This document shows, piece after piece, positions 59,147 through 64,000 of a DNA stretch of 64,000 nt (positions are counted from its first letter, which is position 1; each line of letters opens with the position of its first letter). The position numbers and the translations under genes are program-made. This stretch comes from Candidatus Woesebacteria bacterium (lineage in GTDB: Bacteria; Patescibacteriota; Microgenomatia; UBA8517): positions 2,996 through 66,995 of the forward strand of contig JAGUYM010000011.1 in the NCBI GenBank assembly GCA_020061305.1. Direction: 5' to 3'. The notes under the pieces are model-generated. The model ran no database searches, was not told the DNA's origin, and worked only from the letters and a program-made list of their open reading frames with translations.

Positions 59147-60177
59147 TTTAGAATTTCAGTAATATTTTTTTTGAAGTTATCGTAACCAAACTTTGAAGAT
59201 GTTTCTATTGCATTTGTTGATATGTTTCGCATTTCTCCAGTTTTTTGTACTACGAATTTTGTTAAATTAATAAGTTCTTTTTCAGACTGCCATAGAAAAC
59301 CATTCCTTCCGTTATCAACAACCTCTTTATAACCACCTCCACCATAGACTATTGGTACACAGCCTGCAGACATTGCTTCTACTAATGTAATTCCAAAATG
59401 CTCAACTCTCTCTGGACTTTTTACTTCATCTTCACCAAAACCAGCACCGGACCAAAATATTTTTGATTTTCCAAATATGTCTTTTAATACTTCTAAAGAA
59501 GGGCTTTCTACAAATTCTATATTGGCACCACTAGCAAGTTTTTTTAAGTTTTTTAAATTTACATCAGAACCTACTTCTACCCCACCAGCTAAAACCAGCT
59601 TCCAATCCTGGAATTTTTTTTCCTTAACCAGCTTCTTAAATTGCTTTATCAAAACATCGTGGCCTTTATTCTGGGTTAAATTTGAAAATCTAGCCACATA
59701 ACACAATTGATTGATTTTTCTTTTTGGTTTATATATATCTGTTCCAACCGGTGGGTATAAAACCGTAGAATCAACTTTATATTCCTTATCTATTACATTT
59801 TTAGTAAATTTAGAATTGCAAATTATTTTATTAACTCTAAATAATTTCATTTTATTTAAAAGGGAAGATCCGTTAACATCATGAAAAGGAAATTGAAAAT
59901 GGATATAATTTTTGATAGCCCGAAGTGTTGGAATACTGCCGTCACTTACCCAAAAAATAAGATTATAATTTTCGCCTCTATTTACAGAATCGACAATTTT
60001 TAAATTTGAAGGGAATTTTAATCCAAATCTTTTGGATAACTTATCTAAAATACTCTTTTCTTTCCATTCAATATCTACATCATAGCCAATCTCTGCCAAA
60101 ACTTTAGCAAAAGTTAGAGTATACCTTTCCCCCCCACCCAAGGTATCTAAATACGGATTGTATATCGCAGCTTTCAT
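59143..60177 (-). CDS. GT4 family glycosyltransferase
   Basis: FGITLVEAMSAGCVPIVYGGGGYKEVVDNGRNGFLW, with the E-x7-E region. Confidence 0.65.
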   Translation of the reverse strand: MKAAIYNPYLDTLGGGERYTLTFAKVLAEIGYDVDIEWKEKSILDKLSKRFGLKFPSNLKIVDSVNRGENYNLIFWVSDGSIPTLRAIKNYIHFQFPFHDVNGSSLLNKMKLFRVNKIICNSKFTKNVIDKEYKVDSTVLYPPVGTDIYKPKRKINQLCYVARFSNLTQNKGHDVLIKQFKKLVKEKKFQDWKLVLAGGVEVGSDVNLKNLKKLASGANIEFVESPSLEVLKDIFGKSKIFWSGAGFGEDEVKSPERVEHFGITLVEAMSAGCVPIVYGGGGYKEVVDNGRNGFLWQSEKELINLTKFVVQKTGEMRNISTNAIETSSKFGYDNFKKNITEILK

Positions 60178-60231
60178 TTCATCATTTTAAACCATCTAAA
60201 TATTTTTCAGAAGATACAATTGGCTTGGAGT

Positions 60232-60345
60232 TACACCAAATGTAGCTTTTGATATTTCTGCAGTTAAAATTTTACTCACATCTACAACAGAAAACCACCA
60301 TTCTTTTTTAAATATTACAATTCTTGTTTCCTTTGGAGAGATCAT
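60232..60345 (-). pseudogene. 37-codon ORF with a BRO-N/KilA-N-like motif; probable remnant of a phage-type antirepressor gene
   Basis: The translation MISPKETRIVIFKKEWWFSVVDVSKILTAEISKATLV* resembles the BRO-N N-terminal consensus (..vRvv..dgepWFvakDvakiL..) and then stops after 37 aa. It lies in the only large intergenic gap, 271 bp long. Confidence 0.3.
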
Positions 60346-60448
60346 TAATTAATGATGAACCAAAACTTCACCGAAGTCAAATTATTTTTGAATATAGTCT
60401 TTCAATTTTTGAAATGCTATTTTTCTCATGCTAATTTTATTTTTCACT

Positions 60449-61165
60449 TTACTTTTCTTTCAATTGCATTTCCCACAACTTAGAATATGAGATGAGCTTA
60501 CTATAAATTTGGTAAATCCCATATATTATTCCCATTTTTCCATCAAGGAATGCTTTTTCTGCTATAAATCTTTTCCAAAATTCCCTAAAACCTGCACTAA
60601 AAAATCTGAAACCATTCATTGGGGGATGATTTGCATCAAACATGAGTTTAGCCTCAATTTCAGACCATTTATTTGTTTTATCTATCATCTCAGAAAGTGT
60701 CATGTTTTTGTGGTGAATCATTGGATTTTTTAAATGTCCAATCTCGCCTTTATAGATTGGTTCTTCATGGACATCACCCACCCATTTTTTTAAACTAATT
60801 CTTTTAAAAAATCTCTTTTGATAATCTGGATATTGGCCTGAATATTTAAATTCTTTGTTTAAAATGAAATTTCTACGCGGTATTGCGTACGCGCTTACTT
60901 TTGGCTGTTGGCTGTTGACTGCTGACCAAAGCTCTGCGTGAAGCGCAGGCGTAATTTCTTCGTCTGAATCTAAATATAAAATCCAGTCGCACTTGGCTTT
61001 TTTTAATCCTTCATTTCTCCAATCACTAAAGCTTCCCTTTTCTCCAACAACCAAAACCAATTCATCACACCAAGAAACTGACTTTTTGGCAACTTCTAGA
61101 AGTTTTTCATTATAATATCCGCCATAAATTATAACGGCAGATATTTTCTTTTTATTTTCAACCAT
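60449..61165 (-). CDS. GT2 family glycosyltransferase (small WaaE/KdtX-like type)
   Basis: ILYLDSDEEITPAL...IPRRN. It is a paralog of 39093..39977 and 61129..62046. It contains a GC-rich repeat-derived insert. Confidence 0.6.
   Translation of the reverse strand: MVENKKKISAVIIYGGYYNEKLLEVAKKSVSWCDELVLVVGEKGSFSDWRNEGLKKAKCDWILYLDSDEEITPALHAELWSAVNSQQPKVSAYAIPRRNFILNKEFKYSGQYPDYQKRFFKRISLKKWVGDVHEEPIYKGEIGHLKNPMIHHKNMTLSEMIDKTNKWSEIEAKLMFDANHPPMNGFRFFSAGFREFWKRFIAEKAFLDGKMGIIYGIYQIYSKLISYSKLWEMQLKEK
60901..60927. repeat. Short GC-rich direct repeat ttGGCTGTTGGCTGTTGACTGCTGACC inside the GT2 CDS 60449..61165
   Basis: GGCTGTT occurs twice, followed by degenerate copies. It lies within an atypically GC-rich patch of about 80 bp (60870-60960) that includes a small hairpin CTGCG-TGAAG-CGCAG. 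Confidence 0.7.
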
Positions 61166-62046
61166 AATTTTCTAAATATGTTTTTTTCTTCCTTTAATTT
61201 GCTTTCAAAAATCCACCACACAAAGTCCTTGTAACAATTTTTAAATATGCCAGATACTTCCTCAACTGACATTTTCTTCTTATAAAATCCTTGTTTCTGC
61301 CAAAGTTTCAAATACAAAACAAGTTCTGATGCAGATTGTAAAAGTGATAAAGCCAAACCATGTAAGCCGTCCTTATATCCTTTTTCTGCAAAATATCTTC
61401 TTAAAAATTCGGCTGTAGGCTTAACTATCAAATCAATCCAACTAAATTCTTTTCCACTCTTAACCAAATCTCTAACTTGGACAGTAGTGTATCTATTCAT
61501 TCTGGTTATATATTCCTCAAGTGATGAATAATGCATATGTTTAATTGCAAACTTTCCATCAATAGGTAAATCTATTCCGACCCCCGTAGTTATTGGAATT
61601 GAATGTATCTTATTGCCCCAAGAAACATTTCCCTTCCTAAAAAATCTTATGTTAAAATCAGGCCACCAACCCGAATACTTCATCCATTTGCCAAAAATTA
61701 TATTCTTTCTAGGAATTCTATAATAATCTCCTTTTGGCGTCTTTATTTCCTTTTTAAAAAAATTTTTAAGCTCAGGTTTGACTTCTTCGTCGGGATCCAA
61801 TATCAATACCCACTCGTTTTTGGCCTTTTCTATGGCAAAGTTTCTCGCCGGCTCTACATAATTTATTTTTTTATGCTTGAAAACCCTAGCCCCGAAACTT
61901 TTAGCCAGTTCTCTTGTCTTATCTGTAGACATCATATCAACCACAACAATGTCTTTAGAAAAATCACGGACAGAAGCCAAAGTTCTGGGAAGTTTTTTTT
62001 CTTCGTTTAATGTATTAATCACTACCGAAATCTTGGCCATATTCAT
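61129..62046 (-). CDS. GT2 family glycosyltransferase (small WaaE/KdtX-like type)
   Basis: ISVVINTLNEEKKL...IVVVDMMSTDKT...VLILDPDEEVKPEL...IPRKN. Confidence 0.65.
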   Translation of the reverse strand: MNMAKISVVINTLNEEKKLPRTLASVRDFSKDIVVVDMMSTDKTRELAKSFGARVFKHKKINYVEPARNFAIEKAKNEWVLILDPDEEVKPELKNFFKKEIKTPKGDYYRIPRKNIIFGKWMKYSGWWPDFNIRFFRKGNVSWGNKIHSIPITTGVGIDLPIDGKFAIKHMHYSSLEEYITRMNRYTTVQVRDLVKSGKEFSWIDLIVKPTAEFLRRYFAEKGYKDGLHGLALSLLQSASELVLYLKLWQKQGFYKKKMSVEEVSGIFKNCYKDFVWWIFESKLKEEKNIFRKLWLKIKRKYLPL

Positions 62047-63718
62047 ATATTATACTTTTTTTATTCTCAAAAATCTTCTTTAGATCTAAATCACTGGGGC
62101 CCAATTTTAATAACTCACCCACAAGTGGTGAGTTTTCCTTAACTAGGTATAAATATTTAATTTTATTCTTTTTTAAAAAATCCTTACCTGCTACAGGATC
62201 TAAATTAGAGATAAACCAAGCAACTTGATTTCGCCTTTTTCTCCAATCGTAACCCATGATATTTAAATTAACCTCGTCTTCAATAAATACCTTTTTACCA
62301 GAAATTGCCGATACATATGCTGTCGAATCATAGTAATAAAGTGATCTGGGCGGGTTAGCATTTTCAACTTTCGCCTTATCTGAATCAAATAAATAGGTCA
62401 AAACAATTCCACCTGGTTGCTCTTCCAAAAAAGTTAAAGCTACTATTTCTTCTGCAGAAACAATAGCCTGCGGCATTTTTGGTAAATAATGTTGAAGTGT
62501 CGACCAAACCGAGAAAAGCGAAAAAAATATGAATATATAATATTTAATATTTAACTTAATTCTGCTAAATGAAATTCCTGCAAAAATTGCAAAGAAAAAT
62601 AAATAATAATAAAAAAATTGAATTGTATTCCATGGCGTACCTTTTTGCACAAAAAGTAGAGGAATTGCCATTGCAGACATCATAATGGATATAATAAATA
62701 CAAATACGAGTTCTATCTTAACTTTAATCAAATATAAGAAACCAACAATTCTTAGACCCATGTTGCCTACAACAAATATTATAAAGGCTATTAAATAAGC
62801 CAAAATTCCTTTAAACCAAATATGTCCCATTTTATAAGTAGTCATAGCTGAATAAAACCTTTCCCAACCCAATCGATCTGAATAGCTCATCATTGTTTCC
62901 AAAAACCAAAACGGTTGCCAAACAAAAGTGGACAGACCATCATTTTTGGTTATTGCAAATAAAACTAAGTTAAGAATAAGTGAACCTAAAAATACACGCA
63001 GGTAGTATGTAGTATGTAGTATGTAGTATGCGTATATACAAGTAATAGCTAAACTACCTAAAACTAAGATTGCGGCGTAAGCCTTAATTTGTATTAATAA
63101 ACCAAAAAATAAAATACTAAAAAATAGATTCTTTTTTTGTAAAGCAATTAATCCAGATAAAATAAAAATTAAAGATAAGGCAAATGGAGGATTTATAAGT
63201 GTAGAAACTGCTTGCTGTGACCAAAACATTGATTCACCTGTAATTACTCCATCTCTTAACAAAGTAACTAAAAAACCAAAACTTCCACTAAAATAAACAA
63301 ACATGGTTGCCCACAAAGCCTCAGTTTTGGAACCACGCCAACTCCAAACGAACCAATAAACCAATAAACCAATTCCTAATGCAAACAACGGTGGGAGAAT
63401 CTGGAAATATAAATTACTAACAGAAATACCAGTTAATTTATGTAGTAACGCTAAAAATAAATCGAAGCCAATGTGATAATTTTTGATTGTCTCACCAGCA
63501 AAAACTGGATTTTCAAAATTTCCTGAAGCCAAACTTCTAGCAAGTGCTAAGTGCCATATACCATCATGGCCGTTTGCTCCCCAAAATCCAAAGCCAAAAT
63601 AATATAACAGCCCACTCCTCACCATTGTCAAAGACCAAATTATTGTACCCAATGATATTACAAGGATGTGTTTCCAGTATCTAACAATTTTGTTCATTGG
63701 CACTATTTTTCTCCCCAA
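62015..63718 (-). CDS. Polytopic membrane protein, paralog of 46290..48152 (GHDG-WH...NP-FAGE family)
   Basis: Carries the shared motif GANGHDGIWHLALARSL...ENPVFAGETIKNYH. It contains a (GTAGTAT)4 tandem repeat in the CDS. Confidence 0.45.
   Translation of the reverse strand: MGRKIVPMNKIVRYWKHILVISLGTIIWSLTMVRSGLLYYFGFGFWGANGHDGIWHLALARSLASGNFENPVFAGETIKNYHIGFDLFLALLHKLTGISVSNLYFQILPPLFALGIGLLVYWFVWSWRGSKTEALWATMFVYFSGSFGFLVTLLRDGVITGESMFWSQQAVSTLINPPFALSLIFILSGLIALQKKNLFFSILFFGLLIQIKAYAAILVLGSLAITCIYAYYILHTTYYLRVFLGSLILNLVLFAITKNDGLSTFVWQPFWFLETMMSYSDRLGWERFYSAMTTYKMGHIWFKGILAYLIAFIIFVVGNMGLRIVGFLYLIKVKIELVFVFIISIMMSAMAIPLLFVQKGTPWNTIQFFYYYLFFFAIFAGISFSRIKLNIKYYIFIFFSLFSVWSTLQHYLPKMPQAIVSAEEIVALTFLEEQPGGIVLTYLFDSDKAKVENANPPRSLYYYDSTAYVSAISGKKVFIEDEVNLNIMGYDWRKRRNQVAWFISNLDPVAGKDFLKKNKIKYLYLVKENSPLVGELLKLGPSDLDLKKIFENKKSIIYEYGQDFGSD
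63002..63029. repeat. Heptanucleotide tandem repeat (GTAGTAT) x4 inside the membrane-protein CDS 62015..63718
   Basis: Read directly: gtagtatgtagtatgtagtatgtagtat. It encodes ...ILHTTYY... on the minus strand. Confidence 0.9.
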
Positions 63719-63969
63719 GCCTCGATTTCTCCCGTATATGCTTTAAAGGCAAAGTTCTTAAGTTTGGGAAAGAATGAAATTAGTTTAATTAGGTTATCAA
63801 ATACGAATGGTGAATAATATCTTAATCTACTTAAGACATATTCCACACTCAAAACATGATAAGTAATTCTTGTTTCAACATTTTTAAATCCAGATAATTC
63901 AAGGGCCAACTTCAAATTTGATTGAGAAAAGTACATAATATGTTCTCCTGGCTTGTAGTGATACCACAT
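63703..63969 (-). CDS. Hypothetical protein, possibly truncated by the window edge
   Basis: 88-aa ORF at the window end whose upstream part may lie beyond 64000. I recognised no motifs. Confidence 0.2.
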   Translation of the reverse strand: MWYHYKPGEHIMYFSQSNLKLALELSGFKNVETRITYHVLSVEYVLSRLRYYSPFVFDNLIKLISFFPKLKNFAFKAYTGEIEAWGEK

Positions 63970-64000
63970 AGACTTTAAGAGCTTGTGCCAATATCCTCCA

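Noticed and set aside
60178-60448. A tRNA or small structured RNA gene in the 271-bp gap
   Set aside because: I could recognise no cloverleaf-compatible segments (no GTTC/TTCGA T-loop context and no conserved D-loop) and no strong hairpins by eye. It would need an Infernal/tRNAscan run to be certain.
63703-63969. A complete gene at the window edge
   Set aside because: The ORF may continue beyond position 64000. I could recognise no motif in the visible 88 aa, so only a low-confidence partial call is made.

Overview
The window is AT-rich, tightly packed and mostly coding, with almost everything on the minus strand from about 21 kb onward. I think it comes from a small-genome bacterium, possibly Candidate Phyla Radiation (CPR)/Patescibacteria-like, but that is inference from composition, gene content and an Avd-like four-helix-bundle gene. 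Essentially the whole 64 kb is one cell-surface glycosylation super-island. It holds about 19 large polytopic membrane proteins that look like GT-C-type glycosyltransferases (ArnT/PMT/GT39-like, an AftD/DUF3367-like one, DUF2029-like and PTPS-related-like families), 12 GT2 glycosyltransferases including two GtrB/DPM1-like polyprenol-phosphate sugar synthases, 4 GT4 glycosyltransferases, 2 Wzx-like flippases, a candidate GtrA-like 4-TM protein, a polysaccharide-deacetylase-like protein and 10 small paralogous class I SAM methyltransferases interleaved with the GT2 genes. A small redox block is embedded at 35.4-39.1 kb: a VKOR-domain / class-2-architecture dihydroorotate dehydrogenase fusion, a classical SDR, a PNPOx-like split-barrel protein and an aldo-keto reductase. 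Next to it is an orphan Avd-like four-helix-bundle gene with no reverse transcriptase nearby. There are no rRNA, tRNA or CRISPR features and no recognisable defence genes. Things I could not fully explain: the VKOR-DHODH fusion; heptanucleotide tandem repeats inside glycosyltransferase CDSs (candidate phase-variation tracts); a dispersed family of degenerate TCACNNN heptamer arrays at 39.2-44.6 kb, one at the 5' end of a GT2 gene and an inverted pair flanking the four-helix-bundle gene; tandem paralog arrays of GT-C-like proteins; and a 271-bp gap holding a 37-codon ORF with a BRO-N-like motif. All calls rest on reading motifs in the supplied translations; no database search was possible.
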